From: Macrostomum lignano
Taxonomy: Eukaryota
Assembly (NCBI GenBank): GCA_002269645.1
Contig: NIVC01001911.1
Coordinates: 1-64,000 of the forward strand
Length of the DNA: 64,000 nucleotides
Reading direction: 5' to 3'
Shown: positions 41,083 through 54,300 of the stretch, one piece after another
Layout of the letters: each line of letters begins with the position of its first letter
Numbering within the stretch: position 1 is the first letter of the stretch
Program-made: the position numbers and the translations under genes
Notes under the pieces: model-generated
The model's input: the letters and a program-made list of their open reading frames with translations, nothing else
Told to the model about the DNA's origin: nothing
The model's database searches: none

Positions 41083-41739
41083 GAGCCCGCATTTTATGAG
41101 CGTTGTAGCTGTAGCTGGAGAATAGCTGAGCAGATCGTGGACAAGAACTGAGATTGGCTGACTGCCATAGAGAGACGGGGGATGGAGAAGAGGGGGAAAG
41201 GAAGGATCGTAGATGCAGCTATAGCGAGTCGTTGGAGGAAGGATTTTTAGGGCGTGGCCTCAAGCGACATTTCGGCATTATTATCAGACAGACAGATTTG
41301 TGCGATAGGCCCGCGATGCAATGAGACGGGAGAGAGAGAGAGCGGAGAAGGCAGATTCCATCGCAAATGGTCTAAATGGCAATGCCAGTTACAGATATGG
41401 CGGCTGCTACAATGCACTCACATGGGCGGAAATATACAGTAGCAGATGACTGACTAAAGGCTAAATGGATGTCTATTTATCATGTAAGTGATTGGGAAGT
41501 ACGGAGGTTTGTCTTCAAAATATATGCTTAACAGAAATGGTTGCGTGCATGCGGTCTAGACGGGAGAGGGGACACTGCTGAACGATTGATGCTATAGTAT
41601 ATAGTACAGCTGGGTTTAGCTTGATGAAGCTGCATCGTAGAGACTTCTGCGATTGTGTACCACCATTCAATTGCGTTTATAATGCAGTCAGTCAAAGCGG
41701 CATGCTTGAGTAAAAAAGTGAAGAGCACATACTTAGTGA

Positions 41740-42060
41740 GAGCTGGAGAAGGCTGGACAGCGAGTGTGTGTGTTGGACAGAGCTGGAGAAGGCTGGACAG
41801 CGAGTGTGTGTGTTGGACAGAGCTGGAGAAAGCTGGACAGCGAGTGTATGTGTGTTGGACAGAGCTGGAGAAAGCTGGACAGCGAGTGTATGTGTGTTGG
41901 ACAGAGCTGGAGAAAGCTGGACAGCGAGTGTGTGTGTTGGACAGAGCTGGAGAAAGCTGGACAGCGAGTGTATGTGTGTTGGACAGAGCTGGAGAAAGCT
42001 GGACAGCGAGTGCATGTGTGTTGGACAGAGCCTGGAGAAGGCTGGACAGCGAGTTGTGCG
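41740..42060. repeat. Minisatellite, about 40-bp unit AGAGCTGGAGAAAGCTGGACAGCGAGTGTGTGTGTTGGAC
   Basis: Direct reading. Confidence 0.9.
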
Positions 42061-43068
42061 CTGGTCAGAGCTAGAGAAGTTTTAGTGTATGCTAGAGTGC
42101 TTAGAGGAAACAAGAAAGAACCGGAGGGCTGAAGTGAAGAATTTGCGTGTTGTTGAGAGACAGATGGCCAGCGTGTGTAGCACAATTATAATCAAGCGGC
42201 GGAGTTTCTCTAACCAACTCGAGCCAGAACCGCGCCGTTATGCATAAACAGATGGAAAGGGAGAGAGAGAGAGATCAGAGAACGTGACGGAAGTGAAATC
42301 GCGCACAATTTAGGTGGGAGAGGAGAGATCAGTGCAGTGCCACAGGGCGTACGAGTAAGAACGCCTCACTGCATCACGTTTTAATGAAAGACTAGGCCCA
42401 AACCTCTCTAGAAAATAAACAGAGGATGGAATAATAAGCTAAGCACGAGTCAGGGGATTCAGACTGTAAAGCATCTGGGAGGAAAAAATGTAAAAAAAAT
42501 ATTTTCCCCTAGACTTTTATGTTACGAAAGAACTCTAAAAAGAACCAATTGAAGAGGGCAAATAAACCGCCCCATAAAAAGGCCTTTAAGCAAACAAATA
42601 GGTAAAAAACTCATCGAGTGAGTCTTCTATTCGACAGTTCAATTGTATTGTACACAAGCACTATTGAGCTTTCTTTTAGAGGTACTGACTGGAAAGTCAT
42701 AAGTGGATTTTTGCCGGATCTGCTGCATGGAAGCAGACACATCTTAAGTCTCAGTCAGTCACAGCAGTTAAAAGTAAACTAAGGAGGGGAAAATTTGAGG
42801 AGAGAGCTCTAAGAATGAAAAACGGATGCACTCATAAAAGCGCGTTATTTAAGCGAGAAAAAAATTGTATGTGAAGGTCGTACAAGCGTAAAGAGGCGAG
42901 AGAAGAGGGGAGAGAGGAGAGGAGACGGGAGAAGAGAGCTGAGAAGAGACAAACCTTGAGCAGGCTGCGGGACTGATTGCTATTGTGGAAGTTTTATAGG
43001 ATCCACTCTGCCTCTATCTCTCTCTCCCTCTCTATCTCCCTCCTATCTCCTCCTCTTTACTTCTCCAA

Positions 43069-43105
43069 GGCCGGATAGAGAGGCTTCGCGGGCCGCCAAC
43101 CCCTG
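43069..43105 (-). mobile_element. Terminal fragment of the hAT-type MITE family
   Basis: Minus strand CAGGGGTTGGCGGCCCGCGAAGCCTCTCTATCCGGCC matches the start of 55988-56415. Confidence 0.55.
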
Positions 43106-43130
43106 GAGTATACGATTTCCAGTGGAGTAC

Positions 43131-44672
43131 CACTGCGTTCCAAGTTATTAAGCAAAGAGAGATAAATTGAATATTTTCAAAATTATTGATCGCAGCGACT
43201 TGCTGCTTGTGTCAGGTGTACATCAAGCTAGTACACACTCTGTGCAGCTCTGCCAATCACTAAACTTCTTGCTAGCACGTGCCAACAAACTTTCATTGCG
43301 CAACACAGCTGCTACACTGTTCCAACTTATTATGCTGTGTGGTTCTGCAGCTGAATTTCTCTCACAATTTTCTGTGTGTATCAACCATGGGCAAGCGCCA
43401 GGATCTCTCCGATAAGGAAAAATCTCAAATCGGGCAACTTTTGGCAACTGGCCAAACTACTTTGTCTATCTCCAAGCAGCTTGGCAGAGATCATCGTACA
43501 GTAAAGAAATTATTGGCTGATGTCACCAAATCAAGGCAGCGGACTCGCAAAACTAGTGTTCGAGGCATTTCGAATCGAAAACTTCGAGAAATCAAAAGAG
43601 AAATCCTTAAACATCCATTGGTCACCAGCAAGTTCATCTTTGAGCAAGTGGATCTTGGCCATGTGCCAAGAACTACGCGGTGCCGCACTCTTGCATCCAT
43701 CGCTCAATGCCGCAAGGCTGTCGCCAAGCCGATGCTGACCTCTCGCCATCGCCAGCTGCGCCTCAGCTGGGCGCAGAAGTATTTGAAGGCTGACTTCAGT
43801 TCAGTCATTTTTACAGATGAGACCAGGGCCACCTTGGATGGGCCTGATGGCTGGGCCAGAGGCTGGATGGTTGGAGACGAGGTGTCAGGGCAGCGCGTGA
43901 GGCGTCAGCAAGGCGGTGGAGGCATCATGATCTGGGCTGGCATTGTCAACGACACCATCATTGGCCCATTCCGTGTTCCTGATGGCGTCAAAGTCACGGG
44001 TGAAGCTTACCATCAGTTGCTGCAGCTGAATTTTGTTCCCTGGCTGCGACGCCAGCCAGCAGCTCGCCGAAAGAAGCTGACTTTCATGCAGGACAATGCT
44101 CCCTCCCATGCTGCGAAGCTGACGACCAATTTCTTGAATGACCTCGGGTTCAAGGACGACAAGCTGATGGATTGGCCTTCGAATTCTCCGGATTTGAATC
44201 CAATTGAAAATCTTTGGAGCATTTTGAAGCGTAGCTTGTACAGCAATGGTAAGCAGTATCATTCCAAGCATGATCTGTGGGCTGCTGTGCAAGCTGAAGT
44301 GTCCAAGATACCTAAATCACATGTAAAGAAGCTGACATCATCGATGGACAGTCGCTTGGTAAAAATATTGCAAGTGAAGGGTGCCCGCATTAACTATTAA
44401 TTGTGTGTTGCTGCTTGGGAGACTAAATTCTCCGATTTTCAATCAATATTTCATGCTGACGATGTTTTATTCCTAGTTGCATAATTATCTGGAACAGCAG
44501 AAAAGTCAATTTTTGATTATCATTTTGAAAATACGCGTTCAATTTCATTCAGTTTTGGTGGTTAGTCTTATTGTTACAAAATACATTTCCTGCTAAAAAA
44601 TTCTGACTTTTGCTGCTTAATGAAAAAATTATTAAAAAAAAACTGATTTGCATAATAAGTTGGAACACAGTG
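43131..44672 (+). mobile_element. Full-length Tc1-family DNA transposon, DD37E (TRT) type
   Basis: 26-bp TIRs CACTGCGTTCCAAGTTATTAAGCAAA / CACTGTGTTCCAACTTATTATGCAAA (23/26 match), TA at the right flank, TAC at the left; 1542 bp; intact transposase. Confidence 0.93.
43387..44400 (+). CDS. Tc1/TRT transposase, 337 aa
   Basis: MGKRQDLS HTH start; FTDE, MQDNAPSH, WPSNSPDLNPIENLW; 37 residues counted between the second D and E. Confidence 0.95.
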   Translation: MGKRQDLSDKEKSQIGQLLATGQTTLSISKQLGRDHRTVKKLLADVTKSRQRTRKTSVRGISNRKLREIKREILKHPLVTSKFIFEQVDLGHVPRTTRCRTLASIAQCRKAVAKPMLTSRHRQLRLSWAQKYLKADFSSVIFTDETRATLDGPDGWARGWMVGDEVSGQRVRRQQGGGGIMIWAGIVNDTIIGPFRVPDGVKVTGEAYHQLLQLNFVPWLRRQPAARRKKLTFMQDNAPSHAAKLTTNFLNDLGFKDDKLMDWPSNSPDLNPIENLWSILKRSLYSNGKQYHSKHDLWAAVQAEVSKIPKSHVKKLTSSMDSRLVKILQVKGARINY

Positions 44673-46399
44673 TATACGGCTACTGGAAAAGGCCAATTTT
44701 AATTGAGGAGTGGAACCGTGGATGTACATCAATCGATTTAGTAGACGATATCAATGTACATTGCCTGCATTGACTGCGGCGCTGCGAAGAGGAAGGGGAG
44801 GGATTGCCCAGAGGTTTTATAGTCCAACCCCATTTTGTGAACGTCGGGGAACAAAACCCGTAGAAAAATCGATGTACATTATCTGCACGTACAGTGCGGT
44901 GGGAGAGAACGGAATTTATTTAGACGCGCGTCAGGGAAGGAAAATGAGTGGAAAGGGCAGGGTTGGGTCTAGAAATGGATCGATAACGAAGCGAACAAGC
45001 AAAGCGGAAGCTACGAGTAAACGTAAGTACATCGCCCACCATTTGTACACCAACGACAGAAAGAAACTAGAGAAGCGAGTCAAATGACCAAAAAAACCAG
45101 AAAACTGGGAAAAGTGCAAATATAGTTCTACAAAAATGGAGAATCAATCGACAATAGGCTTGCAGTAGGAATCCCGGAGGTTCCTCAATCCCGGTATTGG
45201 GTTACCAAATGAAAAACGCAAAAAACTCATGTTTGGTTTTCTCCTAACGCACGATTCAGAAAACTGCCTTTAGTCCTTTAGTGCAGTCATCAGCGTTGAA
45301 CGCTAAAAAATAAGTATCAGCGTTGTATTGCAAAATGGTAGCCAACAGCACAAAACTTTTGCCGCTTGACAAGTCACGAATCACTCCAATCCCGGGATTG
45401 GCATCGGGATTGCGAGGCCCAAATCCCGGGATCCCAGCAGTCGCAAAAATTGCACAAATCGTGGGATCCCGGAAGTTCCAAAAAGTTGCCAAAATCCCGG
45501 AAGTAGTAAAAATTGTCCAAATCCCAAGAATCCTAGATTGGGATCACTAGCTTGCAGATAAGACAGTGCTAGCATAGCATGAGCGGAATCTGTTCCAACT
45601 CACCCGTGACCATGCAAGCGCTATGAAAGCTCATTGCGCATAGAAGGCCGTTAGTAATTCCATTATAATTTATGCGAAATGAAGCTAGATAGAAAGCAGT
45701 ATAGTAGCTAAAAAGGGATCAAAGCCTCCTCTTTCTTCTGAACTGATTTAAATTAATTGGATTCGAAAAGCATATTAAAAGTTCTGCCGAGGTTTTTGAA
45801 GATCAGAGAGACCGAAGTATACTCCCTCCCTGCCAATAGACAAAGCATATCCCTGGACAGAAATTTCCAGAAGAAAATACGAACTCGCGCTAAGCCGTAA
45901 ATGATAGAAAATCTATTTGGCTGGCAACCAAAGTCATACCAAATTCGAGTCGAATAAGAGTCGAATCTGACGCTAAATCCTTCTCAGATTGCTTTCGAGT
46001 GAGAGTTCAGTAATAACCCGAAGCTGAAGGCGTTAATTAATCTGCTTAAGTGACTCTCGAACGTACCTACCTAGTCTATACCTCATCTAAAAGGTAGAGC
46101 CAAAAGCTATAAATCACTATTTCCGCTTCTTCAAAGGGGAAGGGGATCTCCTGCGACTGGCTCCGTGATTTTTGTCTCCGGCTTAATTCTTGTTGCGAAT
46201 GGCGTTCATCAGATTCTTAAGTCCAGCCAATAAACTTAGCCTTTTCCAGTAGCGCCAAAGCAGCTTAGCTGGTGCACTAAATGCCCCAAATACCCAAACT
46301 GGCGCATCCTGATAACACAACATCACGACACTTCCTGACGCTAAAAATGACGCCTAAACTAGCGCCCAGTCATAAACTATCCGTCCTGACAAGCCCAAC

Positions 46400-46740
46400 C
46401 CGTTCCTTCTGACACCCCGAAGCTGTTCCTTCTGACACCCCTAAACTGTTCCTTCTGACACCCCGAAACTGTTCCTTCTGACACCCCGAAACTGTTCCTT
46501 CTGACACCCCGAAACTGTTCCTTCTGACACCCCGAAACTGTTCCTTCTGACACCCCGAAACTGTTCCTTCTGACACCCCGAAACTGTTCCTTCTGACACC
46601 CCTAAACTGTCTCTTCTGACATCCCCAAACTGTCTCCTGACACCCTCAAACTGTCCCTCTTGACACCTCCAAACCGTCTCTCTTGACACCTCCAAACCGT
46701 CTCTCTTGACACCTCCAAACCGTCTCTCTTGACACCTCCA
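46400..46740. repeat. Minisatellite, 23-bp unit CTGTTCCTTCTGACACCCCGAAA
   Basis: Direct reading. Confidence 0.92.
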
Positions 46741-46931
46741 AACTTTTCCAAAAAATAAGAGTGCATCTAATACAGCTATATATGTAATCCGTTTAATAAA
46801 TACAACACTCGCCAAATAACCAATACTAGGTCAGCAAAGGTCAAACAGAATCAAATGCATTTATATTTATACATAAAAGCATCAATTATTGTCCTATTAA
46901 TTACCGTTAACTGCAATCACGAAAAAAGGGA

Positions 46932-49788
46932 TTAGTCAGCTAAATCCTGGCCACAACTTGTCGCTTCATTTTCCCATTCAATGAGGCCCAATCCGACCTC
47001 TTCTTTTTTGAAGCAATTTGCTGCATTTCTGATAGCCTCAGACAGAGAGTTGAGCAGATCGCTAGGACAGTGCTGCACCCACCGGCAGGTGTCTGTCACG
47101 GTCAGGTAATTCACGCCAGCGTAGCCTTCAACACTCGATAATAATCGTTCTAATCGAATTAAGCAATCAAGCGTTAGACGCTTGTTGCTAAGAACGCCGG
47201 CAGTATCCATGGCAACTAATTGGCATAGTTGCCAATTGCGCAACAGACTGTAGGCTAATAGGCGACGATAGCAGGAGCGGAGCAGCTGCGGCACCGAGGT
47301 CAGGGGGCACTGGCAGGACAGGCAGGCTGCCTGGGTGAGAATTGTCCTGGCAGATTCAGGAGTCTGCAGTGGGGATGGAGAGCGAGTGAGAGAATGGGGG
47401 GGTTATCGCATAACCAGCGGGATCAGATGAGCAGTCAGTGAGGATCAGATGAGCAGTCAGTGAGGATCAGATGAGCAGTCAGTGAGGATCAGATGAGCAG
47501 TCAGTGAGGATCAGATGAGCAGTCAGTGAGGATCAGATGAGCAGTCAGTGAGGATCAGATGAGCAGTCAGTGAGGATCAGATGAGCAGTCAGTGAGGATG
47601 AGATGAGCAGTCAGTGAGGATCAGAATACCCATACTAACCTGTTCCCCTTCGCAGACGCGCCAGTCGAGGCAGAAGGCGAACACCAGATCAGCCAGGGCC
47701 ATCAGGCAGACGCGCATTTCCCAGCCAGCCTCGGGGGGCAGCAGAGGCCGCCTTGGCAGAGCCATGAGCCGGGCCCGACGCTCCTCGGAGTCTAGCAGCG
47801 GTGGCAAACAGTCCGGACGACTCAGAATGTCGGTGAGCATGTCGGACGGGTCGAGCTGGTCGGCCAGATAATAGTCGGCGTCGAACTGGGCATCTTCCAG
47901 GGCCTCCTTGGCGGCGAGGCGTTCCGAATGGCTCATGGATGCCAGGTCCGGTAGCAGATGGTCGAGACCTGCGAACGAGAGCAAGTGATTAAATACATGC
48001 ATGACCCGAGTCAAAAGGGTCAGGTAGGCCAAGTGAACAAGTTGCTCAGATCAGCTCATATTGATCAGGGGACCAGGCAGGTCAAAATGGGTCAAAGAGC
48101 CAGCTGGGTCAAGCAGGTTACAATGGGTCAAAGAGCCAGCTGGGTCAGGTAGGTTACAATGGGTCAAAGAGCCGGGTGGGTCAAACAGGTTACAATGGGT
48201 CAAAGAGCCGGGTGGGTCAAGCAGGTTACAATGGGTCAAAGAGCTGGGTGGGTCAAGCAGGTTACAATGGGTCAAAGAGCCGGGTGGGTCAGGTAGGTTA
48301 CAATGGGTCAAAGAGCCGGGTGGGTCAGGTAGGTTACAATGGGTCAAAGAGCCGGGTGGGTCAGGTAGGTAACAATTACAATGGGTCAAAGAGCCGGGTG
48401 GGTCAGGTAGGTTACAATGGGTCAAACAGCCAGGTGGGTCAGGTAGGTTACAATGGGTCAAAGAGCCAGGTGGGTCAGGTAGGTTATAATGGGTCAAAGA
48501 GCCAGGTGGGTCAGGTAGGTTATAATGGGTCAAAGAGCCAGGTGGGTCAGGTAGGTTATAATGGGTCAAAGAGCCAGGTGGGTCAGGTAGGTTACAATGG
48601 GTCAAAGAGCCAGGTGGGTCAGGTAGGTTACAATGGGTCAAAGAGCCGGGTGGGTCAGGTAGGTTACAATGGGTCAAAGAGCCAGGTGGGTCAGGTAGGT
48701 TACAATGGGTCAAAGAGCCAGGTGGGTCAGGTAGGTTACAATGGGTCAAAGAGCCAGGTGGGTCAGGTAGGTTACAATGGGTCAAAGAGCCGGGTGGGTC
48801 AGGTAGGTTACAATGGGTCAAAGAGCCAGGTGGGTCAGGTAGGTTACAATGGGTCAAAGAGCCGGAGCTCACCGCGCAGCATAGAAGCAGATTGCTCGTC
48901 CCGTCGCCTGAACGCGAATCCCAATCCTCCACCAGAGATGGCATCTGAAATGCGTTTTGATTTTAACGATATTTACTTAATTTTTGAACTGCAGTAAGTT
49001 TGAGGTATATGGAGAAAAATTCTGTGTCCTAACCCAAATATATTAAATAATAAATATGTGGCTAATGATGACAAAATGCGATAGGCTACAAGCGTATGAT
49101 CAAATAACAAGCACTATGACCGAATGAGCGACACTATGACCAAATTAGCTACACCATGACTAAATGAGCTACAACATGACCGAATGAGCTACAACATGAC
49201 CGACACTATGACCAATTGAGTTACATCAAGACCATATGAGCTACACTATGACCAAAGTAGAAAATTAATTTCCAACTAACCAGCAGAAGTAGCCAATCTG
49301 CAATCTGCAGCCTCGTCATCAAGGTGCGGTTCAACAAACCAGTCCAAATCGGCTCCGGCGGCGGCCAGACACTCTGACGGTGGCTCCTCTCCGCTGAGCA
49401 GCTCTTCAACCAGCAGGCGCCTCTCAGACTGAGCAGTTTCACCGCATGAACTCGCGGAGGCGCCAGCCGGAGCCATCAGCCTATTGAGCATGTCCAAATC
49501 TGGAAACTGTTCCCCAATAACCAATTTCCTAATGCGCAGAGTTAATACTCCGCCAGCATCGACGTCAAATTCCGACGCAGTCAGGCCGCTACTACCTGCA
49601 GTAGCATCGTCCGAGTCTAAGCAACTGCCAGTCAGCTGTAGACGAAGGAAATACGGCTCGCAGGAGAACAGCAGGGTGTCGTCCTGGACGCTGGCTTCGG
49701 CTTTATCTAGTCGGCACAGACCGGTTAGCCAGATGTCAACAATCACGTGACTGCTGTCCTGACTAACTGAGAATTTTGGCGTCAGCAT
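46932..49788 (-). CDS. SHQ1: H/ACA ribonucleoprotein assembly factor SHQ1, 446 aa
   Basis: Exons 49788-49281, 48944-48873, 47968-47640, 47363-46932 (phases 1, 1, 0; 1341 nt). MLTPKFSVSQD...PYFLRL CS domain, FPDLDMLNRL, FDADYYLAD, RRLLAYSLLRNW match SHQ1 landmarks. Confidence 0.93.
47425..47620. repeat. Minisatellite, 22-bp unit GGATCAGATGAGCAGTCAGTGA
   Basis: Fills most of SHQ1 intron 3. Confidence 0.93.
48060..48868. repeat. Minisatellite, 36-bp unit
   Basis: GGTTACAATGGGTCAAAGAGCC(A/G)GGTGGGTCAGGTA; fills SHQ1 intron 2 up to the donor site. Confidence 0.95.
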
Positions 49789-49817
49789 TTCTTTACAACG
49801 GAAAAGTGCTTGAAAAG

Positions 49818-49824
49818 CTGAAAA
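49818..49824 (-). promoter_or_regulatory. Candidate (trans-)splice acceptor TTTTCAG upstream of the SHQ1 ATG
   Basis: Minus strand CCAATTTTCAG|CTTTTCAAG..., 29 nt before the ATG at 49788. Confidence 0.4.
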
Positions 49825-50799
49825 TTGGTTGCAGCAATGATGACTGCAACCAAGAGTGACATCATGAGGCGCTAGAGTGACATCATGACTCTATGACCAC
49901 GACTCTACAGTGAAAATGACACTTCAGTGATTATATGACTCTACGTATGTCGTATGTCAGTAACAATGACTCTAAAGTGACCATGACTCCAAAGTGGCCA
50001 TGACTATAGTAACCACATGACTAGTGACCATGATTCTACAATAAAATTATATGACCGTATGACTCTACAGTGACCACTGACCATGACTATAGTGACCATG
50101 ACTCTACGGTGACAGCATATGACCATATGGCTACAGTGACCATGACTATAGTGACCATGACTTTTCCAGTGACACTGTATTACCATACGAATCTACAGTA
50201 ACACCATATAAACATAAAATGACAATACATGGCCCAAACACGCGACTCTACTTGTAGTACGATTCAGTTAAGATGACCCGTTTAAAATAAAATACTACCA
50301 AAAGGAACTATAGACTTACATCATAACAGACTACTCACGGCGTAAGATTCAGGTAGTAGCATAACGTGGTTTTATTTTTTGTTCAGAAAAAATCAACACC
50401 AGAAAAAAGGCACAGTTACAAAGAATACATTTTGCTACAGAAAACAGGCGTAGTTTGCATATGAGACAAGACAAAACGGAAGAAGAACAATTACTGAGAT
50501 AATAATATTTCTAATTATATTTATGCTTGAAATAGAAATTACAGTGGAATTACATCGAATAAGTCAAAAAACAAACACAGTTAATAGTGACACGAATTAT
50601 TTGCTATTTAACTCTGAAAGAAAGAATGGAATGAAGACAACAAAGATTTTCTTAACAATTTTTTTTGCTCAATGGCTAACAGCCATGTCAGGACTAGGCT
50701 TGCATATTGGACAAATTTGCTTCAAAATAAATAGGTCACGAATGTCATAATGGCTCCAGACTATACTATGGGGTGTTTAAGCTCATACGAATGCTAACT

Positions 50800-51260
50800 A
50801 GGTTATAGTCATCCTAGATAAAGGTCACAAGCATGACCATATAAATCCTGGGTCATACAGTCCTACTAAGTTCATAACCATGACCATATACTCGTAAAAC
50901 CTGGGTCATACAGTCCTACTCAAGGTCATAAACATGACCATATAAAGCAACTCGGGTCACACAGTCCTAGATAAGGTCATAAGCATGAGCATATAAACTC
51001 TGGGTCATACAGTCCTACTCAAGGTCATAAGCATGACCATATAAAGCAACTCGGGTCATACAGTCCTACTTAGGGTCATAAGCATGACCATATAAAGCAA
51101 CTCGGGTCATACAGTCCTACTTAGGGTCATAAGCATGACCATATAAAGCAACTCGGGTCATACAGTCCTACTTAGGGTCATAAGCATGACCATATAAAGC
51201 CTGGGTCATACAGTCCTACTCAAGGTTATAAGCATGACCATATAAAGCAACTCGGGTCAA
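50800..51260. repeat. Minisatellite, about 51-bp unit, just 3' of the VPS53 stop
   Basis: GGGTCATACAGTCCTACTTAGGGTCATAAGCATGACCATATAAAGCAACTC in tandem. Confidence 0.9.
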
Positions 51261-51319
51261 AGCCACAAACATAATAAAAAATCAAAGCATAAACCACAAC
51301 AAAAATCAAACCAAGACTC

Positions 51320-54300
51320 TCATAGCCTCTTCAACAGGTTCTCCAATCGCTTCATCCTGCCACCCTCCTCGCCGCCGCCTCCAGCATTCGCCGTCGCCGA
51401 AGCGTCGCCTCCAGGCGACCCAGACGAAGGCGATTTATCGTTGCCGACGCCAGCAGCCGGCGATCTTGAGCGGGCGCGCAGACTGGAAGAGGCACCGCCA
51501 CTGCCGCCGCCTCCGCCACCAGCAGATGCAGCGGAGAGGCTGGAAGCAGACGGCGAAGGCCGCAGCACGGCGTCGTTAGGCTTAGCGGCACGATAGGCAT
51601 CGATTAGGGCCATCTGCTCGGATCGCTTCACGCCCTTCATGTCCAACACTTTCTGGTATTCGGTCAGGTCCGAGTCCGGCAATAGGCGGGAGAAACTCTC
51701 CACGAATGCTTGGTGATTTGTGTGCTCAGATAGAACCACCTGGGGGGAGGGTGAGATGCGGGGATGAGATTCTTTTAGTTACAGAGAGACAGGTGTAGTT
51801 ACGGCTGACTGACGGCTGACAAAGAAAATCTCACCTATGAGATTGGAAAAAGAAAATCTCACCCACGAGCTTATGCGCCAAGAAAATCTCACCCATGAGC
51901 TTATGCGCCAAGAAAATCTCACCCATGAGCTTATGCGCCAAGAAAATCTCACCCATGAGCTTATGCGCCAAGAAAATCTCACCCATGAGCTTATGCGCCA
52001 AGAAAATCTCACCCATGAGCTTATGCGCCAAGAAAATCTCACCCATGAGCTTATGTGCCGAGAAGATCTCAGCCATGAGATTGTGTTCTGAGAAAATCTC
52101 ACTCATGAGATTGTGTTCCGAGAAAATCTCACCCATGAGATTGTCTTCCGAGAAAATCTCACCCATGAGATTGTGTTCCGAGAAAATCTCACCCATGAGA
52201 TTGTGTTCCGAGAAAATCTCACCCATGAGATTGTGTTCCGAGAAAATCTCACCCATGAGATTGTGTTCCGAGAAAATCTCACCCATGAGATTGTGTTCTG
52301 AGAAAATCTCACCCATGAGATTATGCAGTCAAAAAACTTACTAATCTTACATAATTATACAACGGTACGCTACAATCCAATAAAACCAATAAAGATCAAC
52401 CCCCTCACCTTCATAAGCATTTCAGCCTTAGTCATCTCGCGAACCACCAGTTTAGTATAGGCGGCCGGCGGTTTCCTCTGCAAAGGACTGGCCAGGCTTG
52501 GCAGGGAGAGCAGCAGAGTCTTCAACGAGTGCGTGTCCAACAGCAGCTGCTCAGCGCCCACGGTGGACACTGGCCGGCATTTGAACAGAGCCGCGCGAAA
52601 CTTGGGCGCAAATGTGGACACAAATTTGCTACAAAATTGGGTGAAATATTTTCTAGAACTGGTTAGACCGTCGCGAATGACTGGCACGTTGGTGCTCAGA
52701 TGGGATCCGATGCTGCTAACGTAGGGACTCTGATCTCCCACAGCTTCCACTGTGTTCCACGACATCTTCTGCATGGCTGTTAGCGGCGGCTCGCAGGCCG
52801 ACTCCACGTCGCTAACCAGGAGCTGGACGCACGCGTTTATCACCTGCCAGATTTTTTGCAGGGGGGAAGCGAAGGTAAGATTCTAAACTGAAATCCTAGT
52901 CTAAGAAATCTCACTGTAAAAAACAGAAAGCCAAATTTAAGAATATAAAATTCCAAACTAGACAGAAGGAACAGCCAAATTAGAAAGAGGGGGAATCCCA
53001 AACAATAAAAAGGGGAATCCCTAAGTACAGAAAAGGTAAGGTCTAACTATTAAAAGAGGAAGCTGTCTATAAAAGAGAAATCCTAATTATTAAAAGGGGA
53101 ATCCAAGACTTTAAAAGGGAAATCCCTACTTATTAGAAAAGGAATCCCTGACTATAAAAAGGGAAATCACTAACTATGAAGCGAGGAATCCCTGACTATA
53201 AAAAGGAGAATCCCTAACTATGAAAAGAGGAACCCCTGACTATAAAAAGGAGAATCCCTAACTATTAAAAGGAGAATCCCTAACTATTAAAAGAAGAATC
53301 CCTAACTATTAAAAGGGGAATCCCTAACTATTAAAAGAAGAATCCCTAACTATTAAAAGGGGAATCCCTAACTATTAAAAGAAGAATCCCTAACTATAAA
53401 ATAGGGAATCCCTAAATATGAAAAGGAAACCCCTAACTATCAAAAGGGGAATTCCTGACCATAAAAAGGGAAATCCCTAACTATATAACGGGGAATCCGT
53501 AACTATGAAAAGAGCAATACCTGACTATGAAATGGAAATCCCTAACTAATAAAGGAGCAATCTCTGACTGTAGAAAAGGAAATCCCAAACTATATTAAAT
53601 GGAAAACCTTAACTATAAAAGGGAAATCTCTAACAATAAAAAGGGGAATCCGAAAAAATAAAAAAGGGAAATCCCTAAATGTAAAAAGAGTAATCCCGGA
53701 CTTAAAAATCGCAAATAAGCCGACTTCAAAAGCGCTAATGTACGACTTAAGAATCGATGACAAAAGCACTCAATCGGTAACAAACCGAGTGGAAATTGTC
53801 TTTCTCGCTGCGCAGATCAACTTCACCAGTCAGCTGTTCGTTAATCCGCTCGCGCAGCTTCGCCTCCAACTGATTAGTAGTCTCCAGGCAGTACTCGGCG
53901 GTGCAAATCACTACGCAGACCCGAGACAAATCGTCATTAGATAATTTAGTAGACTCGCTGAAGAAGCCCCCGCCAACACCACCTGACATCATTAGCTCGC
54001 GGAATAGATCCTTGGCCGACTGGGCGTTCCTGCCTCCCGTAGGCAGACTGCCCAGCAGGATTTTGTTTGCGTATTCGCGCAGATATTTGGCAAATACGCG
54101 AGCCAATTGCAGCATTGGCTGGCCGCAGGATAGCTTGGCGCACGTTTTTAAAGAGTTTTTGTACACCTGCGGCAGGTTAAAGTGACGAAAAATTAGGCTG
54201 GGTTAAATTAATTAGCAGTCTCTGTATTCCGCCTTTCTGTCTCCCTTCATCTCCTCTCATTCCGGTCTCTCCCTTCATCTCCTCTCATTCCGGTCTTTCC

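Noticed and set aside
44710-46340. Short ORFs and GGGATCCCGG palindromic motifs downstream of the transposon
   Set aside because: No coding signature; the palindromes may belong to a MITE, but its ends could not be defined.
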